The position numbers and the translations under genes are program-made. From assembly GCA_034434315.1 (NCBI GenBank), contig DAOTZR010000057.1:1-53678 (forward strand): DNA of 53,678 nucleotides, given 5' to 3'. Under the pieces are notes generated by a model that was given only the letters and a program-made list of their open reading frames with translations, was not told the origin of the DNA and did not search any database. Numbering within the stretch: the stretch's first letter is position 1; every line of letters begins with the position of its first letter. This document shows, one piece after another, positions 8,531 to 18,069 of the stretch. This stretch comes from Anaerolineae bacterium (GTDB lineage Bacteria > Chloroflexota > Anaerolineae > B4-G1 > SLSP01).

Positions 8531-11062
8531 TCAGGCGATGGGCAGGCGCACGTAGAACGTGCTACCGGGGAAGTTGACCTCATCGTGACCGGGGCTTTCG
8601 GCCCAGATACGTCCGCCGTGTGCCAGTACAATGCCGCGCGCAATGGCCAGCCCCAGGCCAGGACCGCCCCCTTTGAACTTGGTACGTCCAGAGGAATGGA
8701 ATTCCACTTCGCCGATCTGGTAAGCCGGTTCAAAAATCAGCTCCAGATACTCCGGGTCAATCCCAATGCCTGTATCTATCACGGCTACTTCCACCATAGG
8801 GACGGTATGGTCAATCACTTCTCGCCCTACGATGCGGATGGTGCCCCCATCGGGCGTGTACTTGATGGCATTGCCGATGAGCTGGTAGAAAACTTTAATC
8901 AGCAGGTTGAAATCGCCGTGAATGATGGGCAGGGATTCGAGGGATTCGTCTTGAATCAGAGTTAGTTGGCGTTCGCGAAGCGCCGTGATGTAAGGTTTGG
9001 ACGCGCTGCTGATCACGTGCGCCAGTTTGACGGGTTTGCGTGCCGCTTCGAGGGCCTCGTTTTCGATGCGGGCCACATCCAACATGCTGTTGACAATTTC
9101 CAACAGACGCTCGGTCCCGTTGCGAATGCCGGTGAGGAACTGGTAGGCCGGATGATTCTCTTTGATTTGGGCCATATGAGGCAAAACCTGAGTGTTGGCC
9201 TGGATCACGGTGAGTGGCGTGCGTAGCTCGTGAGCAGCGACCTCGATAAATTTGGTCTTGCTCTTGTAGAGCTGTTCCAGACGCTGATTGGCCTGATTGA
9301 GGGCCTCGGTGCGTTCCTGCACCATTTGCTCCAGGCGCTCGTTGAAGTCCAGGATTTCCGCATACAGACGGGCATTTTCCAGGGCAATCGCGGCCTGGCC
9401 GGCGAAGGCCTGGACGACGGTCTTATCGTCGGGCGTGAATTGTCCGACTTCGGCGCGGGTGAGCGAAATCATACCGATGACTTTGTCGCGCGCAATCAGC
9501 GGAACACCCAGCCAGGAGTGGTCGAGGGGCAAATCTTCAACTTGTTGCCAGCCGGGTTCGCTGGCGACGTCGCTGATGAGAACGGGTTCCAGCGTTGTGG
9601 CCATGCGGTGATAGACGTCTCCCTCCCGAATGGCCATGGTGGGAGCCTGGTAGTCCTGGGGATAGCCCTGGCTGGCGATCATGGCCAGGTTGCTATCTTG
9701 TTGGAGCCATATGGATCCCCGCGCGAAGGGGACAACGGTGGAAAGCTGCTCCAGGATGCGTTGGGGCACCTCTTTCATGTCCAGGCTGCTGGTGAGGGTG
9801 CGGCCCGTTTCCACCAGGATTTCGGCCAGTTGGCGTCGGCGCTTTTCGGAACGGTAGAGCTCGGCGTTACGGATGGCGATGGCGATCTGGTTGGCCAGGG
9901 TTTGCAACACCATGATGTCATCGCTGCGGAAAGCCGCTACATTTTCGCTCTGGATGTCCAGGGCGCCGAAGAGTTTATCGCCGATTTGCAAGGGGAAGAC
10001 GCATTCCGAGCGGGTGGCTGGTAGTTCGGCCAGGGCCAGGTAATCGGTGGCCAGAGTGACGTCGTCTTCGACCCGTACCTGGGCTTCACGACAGGTGCGC
10101 GTGACCAGGCTGGGGTGATCGAGAGGGATGGTGATGGCCTTATCTTGCAGGGCATCCATGCTTTCCGGGCCGGCATAGGCCCGGAGCTCCACCTGGTTCT
10201 GTTCGGAATTGATGAACCAGACGCCAACGAAATAATAGCCAAAGCGATTCCGAATCAGCCGCACCAGGAGAGGGAGCAAGTCCTTCGGGTCAAGGACAGA
10301 GGTAATTTGCTGGCCTACCTCGTTGCTCAGGGCCAGTTGCATGGCACGGCGTGAAATTTGTTCATTAGCGGACTGGAGTTCGGCGTTCAGGCGATCGCGA
10401 ATCTGAAGCAATTTTTTGAGGGTTTCCCGGCTTTCGTGCAGTTCCAGGGCCCACTGGTGGTATTTCTCATAGCTGGAGGCGTACCAGGCCGCGAACATGA
10501 ACACCTGCCCGGCGATGCTGTGAATGACGCCAGCCGAGGCGGCGGCGACTAAAATCCCCCACAACCGTAAGGGGGGGATACTTAAACGTCCAACCTGAAT
10601 GGATGAAATCAGTAAAGTGAACGCGCTGAATATGCCCAGCAAGATCCATGGCGCCCAGCGCGGGAGCATGATGCCCGCGATGATGACCAGAAGCGGCAGC
10701 CCGAAAACAGCGACATCTCCCGTCGCCCCCCCTTTGTAAATCAGGCTGAAAAGCGCCAGGGTTGAACCCAGCACAAAGACCCAGGCGGCAACTTCTTCTT
10801 TCTCTTCGTTCAAGAACCGACGGGTACCCCAAACCGTGGCGCCTAATAAAAAGCCGGGGACGAAAAGCTGGCTTAAACGCTGTCCAATTTCGTTGGAACT
10901 GCGGGCGGTAAAACTCCAGGCCAGGCTGAAGAATAGTCCTACCAGGATGGCAATCGTCAGCAGATTGAGCTGGTCATGACGTGTGGATTGTAACACGGAC
11001 CCCCGGCCCCGGGTGGGGTCGGGAATGTCCTGACTCAAGTCGGGTTCCATGCGCATGCTCAT
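8531..11062 (-). CDS. Membrane sensor histidine kinase (polytopic N-terminus, 2 GAF, HisKA, HATPase_c)
   Basis: About six hydrophobic helices in the first ~200 aa. Two GAF-like blocks each end in ...AIAIRNAELY and ...AIALENARLY. H-box AAHELRTPLT, N-box QLIGNAIKYTP, G-boxes DTGIGI and GGPGLGLAIA. Confidence 0.88.
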   Translation of the reverse strand: MSMRMEPDLSQDIPDPTRGRGSVLQSTRHDQLNLLTIAILVGLFFSLAWSFTARSSNEIGQRLSQLFVPGFLLGATVWGTRRFLNEEKEEVAAWVFVLGSTLALFSLIYKGGATGDVAVFGLPLLVIIAGIMLPRWAPWILLGIFSAFTLLISSIQVGRLSIPPLRLWGILVAAASAGVIHSIAGQVFMFAAWYASSYEKYHQWALELHESRETLKKLLQIRDRLNAELQSANEQISRRAMQLALSNEVGQQITSVLDPKDLLPLLVRLIRNRFGYYFVGVWFINSEQNQVELRAYAGPESMDALQDKAITIPLDHPSLVTRTCREAQVRVEDDVTLATDYLALAELPATRSECVFPLQIGDKLFGALDIQSENVAAFRSDDIMVLQTLANQIAIAIRNAELYRSEKRRRQLAEILVETGRTLTSSLDMKEVPQRILEQLSTVVPFARGSIWLQQDSNLAMIASQGYPQDYQAPTMAIREGDVYHRMATTLEPVLISDVASEPGWQQVEDLPLDHSWLGVPLIARDKVIGMISLTRAEVGQFTPDDKTVVQAFAGQAAIALENARLYAEILDFNERLEQMVQERTEALNQANQRLEQLYKSKTKFIEVAAHELRTPLTVIQANTQVLPHMAQIKENHPAYQFLTGIRNGTERLLEIVNSMLDVARIENEALEAARKPVKLAHVISSASKPYITALRERQLTLIQDESLESLPIIHGDFNLLIKVFYQLIGNAIKYTPDGGTIRIVGREVIDHTVPMVEVAVIDTGIGIDPEYLELIFEPAYQIGEVEFHSSGRTKFKGGGPGLGLAIARGIVLAHGGRIWAESPGHDEVNFPGSTFYVRLPIA

Positions 11063-11429
11063 CTGCGTATCCTGTGGTTTTTCTCTTCCTTAAAAGGTCG
11101 GGCTGTATTAACATACTGAGCTCAGCCGCGCTTCCACAAGCGACGTCGGCTAGAGCAAATGACTGGCCATTGCCGATCTTTCACCAACCACTCTGCTAAC
11201 CGATTCTTAATCCGGTCTAACCTGTCTAAGGTAATTTTGAGATTGTTTCAGAAATCCTTTGTTCAATCATCGCGCTCTCCACCTGGTATTATAACCCGCA
11301 CATATCCCTTTGTAACAATAAAGCACCCGACCTGATTGTATACGTGTTTTGAAAATTTGTAAATGCAACTAACCGGCGTGTCGGTGAACATCCCAGTTCG
11401 TTCCAGAGACAAGGCCGGTATCGCTGGAA

Positions 11430-12416
11430 TTACCGCTGAATTTTCAGACTGCCTGATCCCAGGTCTACGGTGAGTGTCACCGAGCGGTTTGCCTTGTCAT
11501 AATCGGGCGTTACCCAGGTCTCTTCATATGATGATTCGACCTTGACCAGGTCCGGGGGCAGCGTAATACTACCACTGCCGCGATCCTCGATGATGAGTTG
11601 GAACGCGCAGCCTTCGTCCAGGGTTATGAGGATGGCGCCAGAGCTCCCGTTCAGGTAGAGATCGGCAGCGGCATCAGCCGGAAAACGCAGCTCCAGACTC
11701 CCACTACCTGCATCTATAATTCCCTTAAAAAGTGGGGAATACTGGGGCAGTGTCAGGTCCAGACTACCGCTCCCAGCTTCCAGGTTAAACCAACGCAGGG
11801 AGAGCGCACGCAGGTCAAGCTCCGCTGGCCCCGAGCCGGCTGTAATATCGAGATTCAGGGGAACACCAGGCGCCAGAGCAATGTCCCAACAGGCAGTTTC
11901 TGGATTGGAAGAGCGAGTGGAAAGAAAAGTCCAGAGGTTATCTTCAGAAGCCAGTTGGATGAAACTTTCGTTCAGGTTTGAGATGTAGGTCTTGTAGGTG
12001 TACTTTCCTACGTAACTGATGGCGGCCTCTAACAGCATATCGTTAGTCTTCAGTGCCGTCAGGCGGGCAGGCATGGCGGGTAGCTTCAGTTCAATTGTAG
12101 CGCTGCGGATGTCGGTCAAGGGTTCGCGCAGCGTCGCACGTTGGATTTCCGCGCTGGGTAGAAGCCCTAAATTGGGGCCATACACCAGCAATCCCAGCAG
12201 CAGGCTCATGGCAGAGAACCATACCAGCAAATTGAGCCAGCGCGAACGGTAACCGATGAGAATGTCCAATCCCCAGAAAACCAACAACAAGGGCCACAGG
12301 TAAGCCAATCCGGCCAGGTTGGCCAGGGGAAGCTGCCCTGAGTTGACCAGCCAGATAACCAGCCCTGCTGTAATCAGCAGGAGCGGAAAAAACACTGAGC
12401 CGCGCTGATGCTGCAT
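11430..12416 (-). CDS. LiaF/DUF4097-like membrane protein (TM N-terminus plus repeated GSGS beta-strand 'toast-rack' domain)
   Basis: Four predicted TM helices are followed by about six repeats of the form (A)GSG(S/P)xxLxL (AGSGPAELDL, AGSGSLDLTL, AGSGSLELRF, GSSGAILITL, GSGSITLP, GSGSLKIQR). Confidence 0.55.
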   Translation of the reverse strand: MQHQRGSVFFPLLLITAGLVIWLVNSGQLPLANLAGLAYLWPLLLVFWGLDILIGYRSRWLNLLVWFSAMSLLLGLLVYGPNLGLLPSAEIQRATLREPLTDIRSATIELKLPAMPARLTALKTNDMLLEAAISYVGKYTYKTYISNLNESFIQLASEDNLWTFLSTRSSNPETACWDIALAPGVPLNLDITAGSGPAELDLRALSLRWFNLEAGSGSLDLTLPQYSPLFKGIIDAGSGSLELRFPADAAADLYLNGSSGAILITLDEGCAFQLIIEDRGSGSITLPPDLVKVESSYEETWVTPDYDKANRSVTLTVDLGSGSLKIQR

Positions 12417-12716
12417 AAATTCTCAGCCTTCCTGATGGTATAGTCCATCTAAGTTTAGCATGAAATGGGAAAATGTGGTAAAGGCCCTGAGCTGGAAAAA
12501 TGTTTGCAAGGGTACTTGTCTGGACGGCGGGGCGGGAGGGGCGTTGGGTGAAAAGGACCCTGGCCGGGAGCCGGGGATGGCCTGGTTGGCATCCATGATG
12601 CCGGGGGCGTTACACCCTGCGGCAGGGTTGTGGCGCCTCATCCGGTATGTTGCATCTCCGCTCTGTAAACGCAGCCGCTTTCTGGAAACTTGAAGTATAA
12701 TTTTACCCATGGTGGC

Positions 12717-13766
12717 ATGATGATGAAAAGATGGCTGCTCACTGTATCCTTACAGAAACGCTGGCTCTTGTTGAGCTTTGTGGGGCTGGCTCTGAGTGCG
12801 GCGCTGGATTACGCCGCTGGCAGTCGCTTTAACGTCGGAATCCTTTACATGTTTCCCGTAGCCTGTGCGGTGATGGGAAGTGGTTTCTGGCCTGGGTTGA
12901 TCATGGCCGTATTGGCCAATGTGATTCATCTGACCCTGGCTCTGGCGTTCCAGCCTGAAGCTCTGAAGCCTGTATATCTGGAGGCTACGCTTTATTTTCT
13001 GGTGGAGCTGGCGGTTGTCTATGGCTTGACTTTCTTAAGTCAGGCCCAGGAAATGCGCGAGGAGTTACTTCAATTTATTGCGCATGATTTCCGGACTCCT
13101 TTAGGGAACATTATGATTGGGCTGGATATTCTCCATGATCAGCCTGGCGTTCAGGACCAGCCTACCGCGCGGCGTCTGGTGGAAATGTGCCAGACCTCGG
13201 CCCAAAGGCTGCAATATCTTTCCAATTCAATGCTCGACCTGGCCCGGCTGGAGAACGGCCAGATGCAGGTGCAACGGGTTGCCGTGAATGTGGCTGAAGC
13301 TGTCCAGGCCGTGTTTGACCAGTTGAGCCTGTGGGCCGAACAGTCCCAAATTACGCTCCAGTTTCACCATGATGCGGAGGCCCAATGGGTGTTGGCCGAT
13401 GCTTTATTGCTGAATCGGATACTGATCAATCTTGTGGGCAACGCCATCAAATATAGTCGGCCACAGTCTACCGTAACCATCCAGGTCGGATTGGTGCAGC
13501 AACAGGTGCATTTTGCTATTCGCGATCAGGGCCCCGGCATCCCGCCGCATCTGGTATCGCGGGTTTTCGATCGCTTCTTTCAGGTGGAGGCGCGGCGTTT
13601 TGGTCAGGCAACCGGGAGCGGCCTGGGGCTGACGTTTTGTCGCGAGGCCGTAAGGGCACAACAGGGGGACATCTACGTGGAAAGTGAGCTGGGGCGTGGA
13701 ACGACAGTGAGTTTTACCCTGCCCGCATCGGCGAGCCCGGAGGAAGTGAAGCGTGAAATTTCGTAA
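12717..13766 (+). CDS. Membrane sensor histidine kinase (HisKA + HATPase_c)
   Basis: Four hydrophobic helices, then H-box FIAHDFRTPL, N-box NLVGNAIKYS, and DQGPGI, GSGLGLTFCRE. The ORF-track start at 12690 is a TTG. The ATG triplet run at 12717 was preferred, and a TATAAT at 12696..12701 lies inside the longer ORF. Confidence 0.85.
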   Translation: MMMKRWLLTVSLQKRWLLLSFVGLALSAALDYAAGSRFNVGILYMFPVACAVMGSGFWPGLIMAVLANVIHLTLALAFQPEALKPVYLEATLYFLVELAVVYGLTFLSQAQEMREELLQFIAHDFRTPLGNIMIGLDILHDQPGVQDQPTARRLVEMCQTSAQRLQYLSNSMLDLARLENGQMQVQRVAVNVAEAVQAVFDQLSLWAEQSQITLQFHHDAEAQWVLADALLLNRILINLVGNAIKYSRPQSTVTIQVGLVQQQVHFAIRDQGPGIPPHLVSRVFDRFFQVEARRFGQATGSGLGLTFCREAVRAQQGDIYVESELGRGTTVSFTLPASASPEEVKREIS

Positions 13767-14142
13767 CCGTTATGTGGTTCGTGCAACTGAGGATCAGGAA
13801 GAGCTCTGGGCGGTCTGTGAACGTCAGGGCGTCGGGGAACAGATTCTGGCCTGGACTCACGATCGCGATGTAGCCTACCTGATCGCAGAAGCCCTGGAAG
13901 TGCTCCCCATCACCGTTGCGGCCATGGAAGAATGGGACGCCGGCTTTCGGGATAGCCCCAAGCTGGAAGCGTTAAAATATCGGCTTTTGGATTTGCACAG
14001 TGCTAAAAAGCGCTCTGATTTGCGCCTTGAAACTCATTCGTTTGTGGGCGACGCTCTGGAGTTGTTGCGAGCGATTCTGGTTGGCATGGTGGTTCTGTTG
14101 GCCCTGATTTATGGGCTTTCCTGGTTGGCGAAACTCTTGTAA
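13753..14142 (+). CDS. Hypothetical small protein with C-terminal tail-anchor TM helix
   Basis: The GTG start is preceded by GGAGGAAG 9 nt upstream and overlaps the kinase stop by 14 nt. The acidic helical body ends in ILVGMVVLLALIYGLSWLAKLL. No family was recognised. Confidence 0.5.
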   Translation: MKFRNRYVVRATEDQEELWAVCERQGVGEQILAWTHDRDVAYLIAEALEVLPITVAAMEEWDAGFRDSPKLEALKYRLLDLHSAKKRSDLRLETHSFVGDALELLRAILVGMVVLLALIYGLSWLAKLL

Positions 14143-14208
14143 CCCCCCCTGACCTTTTGCCGTTGAGCTGAAGGTGGGGTCCGGGCGAAAGCTGGCCCTG
14201 TAGAAGGC

Positions 14209-15864
14209 ATGGAGTTGAACATGATGGAATCTGAACTGGATACCTGGTTCCCACGAACGCACTATGAGACCACGCCCCTGGGCGTTGTGGTTGCAGGCAG
14301 CCTCAGCCAGGGGCTGGAAGTGCGCCTGGCCCCAGGGCGGCTGGTGGAAGGCCTGGCCGTTGGCCGTTATGTCGTTGTCCATGGGCAGACGGACCTGCGC
14401 TTTTTCGGCATGATTACCGATATTGCCCTGGAATCGCGTAATCCTGATGTGTTGCATTTTCCGCCGACCAGGCCGGAAAGCTTTGTGGCACGCGCCTACA
14501 GTGGGACCTTGACCTACGCCCGGCTGCATGTGACGCCGTTGCTGGTTGTTGAACAAGGCGTTGCCCGTCCAGCCCGCACCATTCCCGCCCACTTTACTCA
14601 GGTCTACGATGCTACGCCGGAAGAAGTGGCCCAAATCTTCGGCAGTGAAAAAGACCCAGGCCATTTCTACATCGGCTCTCCTCTGGAGATGCCCGATACC
14701 CGCATCACCCTGGATTTGCGCCGTTTCGTGGAACGCTCCAGCGGAATTTTTGGCAAGAGCGGTACCGGCAAGACTTTTTTGACGCGGATGGTGCTGGCCG
14801 GGATTATCCAGCAGCAGGTGGCTGTAAATTTGATTTTCGATATGCACAACGAATACGGCTGGAAGAGCCAGGAAGAAACCTCCCGGCAGGAGGTCAAGGG
14901 CCTGCGTCAACTGTTCCACGATGGGCGTGTGAGTGTGTTCACCCTCGATCCGGAGTCCTCACGGCGGCGCAAGAGCAAGGTGGATTTTGAGGTGCGCATC
15001 AGCTTTGAGCAGATCGAACCTGAGGATGTGGAGATGCTCGCGCCTCTGTTGGGCTTTACCGATGTGCAAACCAATGCCCTTTACATGTTGCGGCGCAAGC
15101 TGGGCCGTAAGTGGTTGCTACAGCTCCTGGATGAAGAAGGAAAAAATGAAACGCTCCAGGCCTTGATTGACGAGGATAAAATTCACGAAGGCACGCTGGG
15201 CGCTATGCAGCGCAAGCTTTCCCTCCTCCAGCGCTTTGATTTCCTGGTCCCGGAGATACGGGGAGACCAGGACCCGGTCCAACGGATCCTGGATTACCTC
15301 AACAGCGGCAAGAGTGTCGTACTGGAGTTTGGCCGGTACGGTAGCGCTTTGGAGGCTTACATCCTGGTCGCCAACTACATCACGCGCCGCATCCACAAGA
15401 CGTATGTCGAGCGCAAGGAAGCGGCGTTAGGCGATCGCGGCCAGGAGCCGCAGCCTCTGGTCATCACGATTGAGGAAGCGCACAAGTTCCTCGATCCAGG
15501 GATCGCGCGCCACACGATTTTCGGGACCATCGCCCGTGAAATGCGCAAGTATAACGTGACCTTGCTCATCGTGGACCAGCGCCCAAGCGGAATTGACCCG
15601 GAAGTGATGAGCCAGATCGGAACGCGCATCACGGCCTTGCTGGATGAGGAAAACGACATCCGGGCGGTGTTTACGGGGGTTTCCGGGGCCGGGGCTTTGC
15701 GGGAGGTGCTGGCCAGCCTGGAGACGAAGCAGCAGGCTTTGATTTTGGGCCATGCTGTGCCCATGCCCGTCGTCATTCGTACCCGCGATTATGCCTCGCT
15801 TTATGGGATGGTCGAGGCTGAAACCCGTGCGGCGCAGGATGCGGCAGCGCTGTTGTGGGACTGA
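14209..15864 (+). CDS. HerA/FtsK-superfamily (DUF87-like) ATPase
   Basis: N-terminal beta-barrel-like region (VGRYVVVHGQTDLRFFGMITDI), Walker A FGKSGTGKTFL, Walker B/DEAH-like VITIEEAHKFL, and LLIVDQRPSGIDPEVMSQIGTRI, which is typical of HerA. Confidence 0.75.
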   Translation: MELNMMESELDTWFPRTHYETTPLGVVVAGSLSQGLEVRLAPGRLVEGLAVGRYVVVHGQTDLRFFGMITDIALESRNPDVLHFPPTRPESFVARAYSGTLTYARLHVTPLLVVEQGVARPARTIPAHFTQVYDATPEEVAQIFGSEKDPGHFYIGSPLEMPDTRITLDLRRFVERSSGIFGKSGTGKTFLTRMVLAGIIQQQVAVNLIFDMHNEYGWKSQEETSRQEVKGLRQLFHDGRVSVFTLDPESSRRRKSKVDFEVRISFEQIEPEDVEMLAPLLGFTDVQTNALYMLRRKLGRKWLLQLLDEEGKNETLQALIDEDKIHEGTLGAMQRKLSLLQRFDFLVPEIRGDQDPVQRILDYLNSGKSVVLEFGRYGSALEAYILVANYITRRIHKTYVERKEAALGDRGQEPQPLVITIEEAHKFLDPGIARHTIFGTIAREMRKYNVTLLIVDQRPSGIDPEVMSQIGTRITALLDEENDIRAVFTGVSGAGALREVLASLETKQQALILGHAVPMPVVIRTRDYASLYGMVEAETRAAQDAAALLWD

Positions 15865-15907
15865 GGCTTTAATGTCATCAAGAACTGGCCTTGAGGAGGT
15901 TATCACA

Positions 15908-16804
15908 ATGAATCAGGATCTGGATGAAAGCGCTTTCGCCATACAGACGCGCCTGAATCGCTGGCCACCGCTCAAACTGGCCTATATCATCGTCACGCGC
16001 CTGCGCACGCAGGGCCTGCGCACAACGCGATTGTGGCTAAAGGACAAGCTGGTGCGGCGTTTCTACGGTTTTTCGACCCCGGACATTGCCGAGGTGCGGC
16101 CCGGCCTCTTTGTCGGCGGTCAGCATTTTCGCTATGGCCTGCAGCGCATGCGCGCCCTGGGGTTGACCGCTGTAGTCAATTTACGCCGGGAATGGGACGA
16201 TGCGGCACGGGGATTGGCGTTAGACGCTTACCTCCATCTGCCCGTGACCGATGACGCACCGCCGACCGTGGACGATTTTCGGCGGGGTGCGGCCTTCATC
16301 ACCGCACAACGCCGCCTGGGCCGGGGCGTGTATGTGCATTGCGCCAGCGGAGTGGGGCGGGCACCGACAATGGCGGCCGCTTATCTGATGCTGGAACAGG
16401 GCCTGTCTCTGGAGGCTGCGTTGGCTACCATCCGCCGTGTGCGTCCGTTCATTCGCATCACCCCGCCGCAGATGCAAGCGCTGCAGGCTCTGGCTGCTCA
16501 ACCGCGTGAGGAGGTGACCATGCATCCCTTGTTGCAAACCTTTTGTGAGCGTCTGAGTGAAGATGAAGGGCTTACCGCCGACCTGACCGATGTGGCGGCG
16601 ATGCAACTGCTGCGTTGGGCCGAGGCGGAAATTGCCCGCTGGGAACAGGACCTGACCGCGCAGCCCGACCCCCAGGCCTGGGCGGAGCAGCGCTGGGCGG
16701 TGCTGCGCCGGCATCTGCGCCGGATTGTGCGCGAAGCGACAGCAGCCGCTGACCCTCAGGCCGTCCTGGTCGCGTTGTTAACCCCACCATTGTATGAGGA
16801 GTGA
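15908..16804 (+). CDS. Dual-specificity phosphatase (CX5R) with ~110-aa helical C-terminal extension
   Basis: VHCASGVGRAPTM active-site loop. The ATG at 15908 is preceded by GGAGG. The upstream part of the 350-aa ORF overlaps the HerA-like gene in another frame. Confidence 0.75.
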   Translation: MNQDLDESAFAIQTRLNRWPPLKLAYIIVTRLRTQGLRTTRLWLKDKLVRRFYGFSTPDIAEVRPGLFVGGQHFRYGLQRMRALGLTAVVNLRREWDDAARGLALDAYLHLPVTDDAPPTVDDFRRGAAFITAQRRLGRGVYVHCASGVGRAPTMAAAYLMLEQGLSLEAALATIRRVRPFIRITPPQMQALQALAAQPREEVTMHPLLQTFCERLSEDEGLTADLTDVAAMQLLRWAEAEIARWEQDLTAQPDPQAWAEQRWAVLRRHLRRIVREATAAADPQAVLVALLTPPLYEE

Positions 16805-16807
16805 CCT

Positions 16808-17902
16808 GTGAGTAAGAAAACCTATCGCTATTCCATCCGTGATGTCATTATCGTGCTTGTGCTGCTGGCTCTGACCTTCCTCGCTCAGAGTTTCCTGGGA
16901 GGGGAAGACACAACTCCCTCCGAGACCCCGGTTCCTTCATCTGCGGCTGCCATACGGGTCTACTTCACCGAACCACGCTATCCCGACGACAAAGCCACCC
17001 GGCCCCCGGCGATTGACCGTTTCCTGGTCGAAGCCATCGACGCAGCCCAAAAGACGGTGGATATGGCCGCTTTTGAACTCGACCTGGAATCGGTGACCCA
17101 GGCGCTCATCCGTGCCCATCAACGCGGTGTGCGGGTTCGTATCGTGACCGATTCGGACTATGCCGATGAATACGGGCCGGTCGAACTGCAGAAAGCAGGG
17201 ATACCAGTCGTCTTTGACGAGCGCAACCCGTTCATGCACAACAAATTTACCGTCATTGACGGGAAGCAGGTCTGGATGGGCTCGTGGAACTACACGAACA
17301 ACTGCACCTTCCGCAATAACAACAACGCCGTCGTGTTCGATTCCCCGGAACTGGCCGCTAACTACACGGCTGAATTTGAGGAAATGTTCCTGGAGCATAG
17401 CTTCGGCCCAACCTCGCCTGTAAATGCTAAATACAGGGAAGTGACGGTTGGCGGGGTGAAAGTAGAAAACTACTTCGCCTCGGAGGATAAGACCATCATT
17501 CCCCGTCTGGTCGAGCTGGTCAAAGGGGCTAAAAAGAGCGTCTACTTCATGGCTTTTTCCTTCACGGATGACGACATCGCCAGCGCGATGGTTGAACGCT
17601 ATCGGCAAGGTGTTACCGTCAGGGGCGTGATGGAGGCGCGCAATGCTACGGGGTCCGGTTCCGAGTTTGACCTGCTAAAGCAGGCCGGCATTGACATCCT
17701 ACCCGATGGCAACCCCTACGTCATGCACCATAAAGTCATCATCATTGACGAAGCCATCGTTATCACAGGGTCCTTCAACTTCACCGGTGGCGCGGCCAAA
17801 AGTAACGATGAAAACCTGGTGATCATCCACAGCCCGGAGATTGCCGCGCTTTACAAGGCGGAGTTTGACCGTGTCTATGCCACAGCTCAAACAGCGCAAT
17901 AA
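16808..17902 (+). CDS. Membrane-anchored phospholipase D superfamily protein with two HKD motifs
   Basis: N-terminal signal-anchor helix (KK..R..R then VIIVLVLLALTFLAQSFL). HKD motifs are HNKFTVIDGKQVWMGSWNYT and HHKVIIIDEAIVITGSFNFT. The GTG start lies 3 nt after the phosphatase stop and is preceded by GAGGAG. Confidence 0.85.
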   Translation: MSKKTYRYSIRDVIIVLVLLALTFLAQSFLGGEDTTPSETPVPSSAAAIRVYFTEPRYPDDKATRPPAIDRFLVEAIDAAQKTVDMAAFELDLESVTQALIRAHQRGVRVRIVTDSDYADEYGPVELQKAGIPVVFDERNPFMHNKFTVIDGKQVWMGSWNYTNNCTFRNNNNAVVFDSPELAANYTAEFEEMFLEHSFGPTSPVNAKYREVTVGGVKVENYFASEDKTIIPRLVELVKGAKKSVYFMAFSFTDDDIASAMVERYRQGVTVRGVMEARNATGSGSEFDLLKQAGIDILPDGNPYVMHHKVIIIDEAIVITGSFNFTGGAAKSNDENLVIIHSPEIAALYKAEFDRVYATAQTAQ

Positions 17903-18011
17903 ATCGGGCCACAAATCTGGGCTTTTCAGACTGATGGCGCCCTCTGGTTTTCAGCCAGAGCGCCTGGTTGCTGGCCGTAACCTGCCGCCGTCAGTGGAAA
18001 GCAGCGCGGTC

Positions 18012-18039
18012 TTGACGAAACCCCAGCCCCGCATATAAT
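18012..18039 (+). promoter_or_regulatory. Near-consensus sigma70 promoter for efp: TTGACG-N16-TATAAT
   Basis: TTGACG at 18012..18017 and TATAAT at 18034..18039, 31 nt upstream of the efp ATG. Confidence 0.65.
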
Positions 18040-18069
18040 GGACATGGAATTTGAGGTGAGGAGGCATGA

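Noticed and set aside
9230-10024. 264-aa plus-strand ORF inside the 8531-11062 kinase
   Set aside because: It is antisense to clear GAF/HisKA coding sequence and is a shadow ORF. The same reasoning applies to 8585..8965, 8966..9226 and 10115..10354.
13972-14919. 315-aa minus-strand ORF
   Set aside because: It is antisense to the HerA-like ATPase and the small TM protein. No motifs were recognised, and its composition (Q/G/H/R-rich) is shadow-like.
14209-15864. Canonical HerA-NurA DNA end-resection pair
   Set aside because: No NurA-like gene of about 350-450 aa flanks the ATPase. The flanking genes are a 129-aa TM protein and a CX5R phosphatase.
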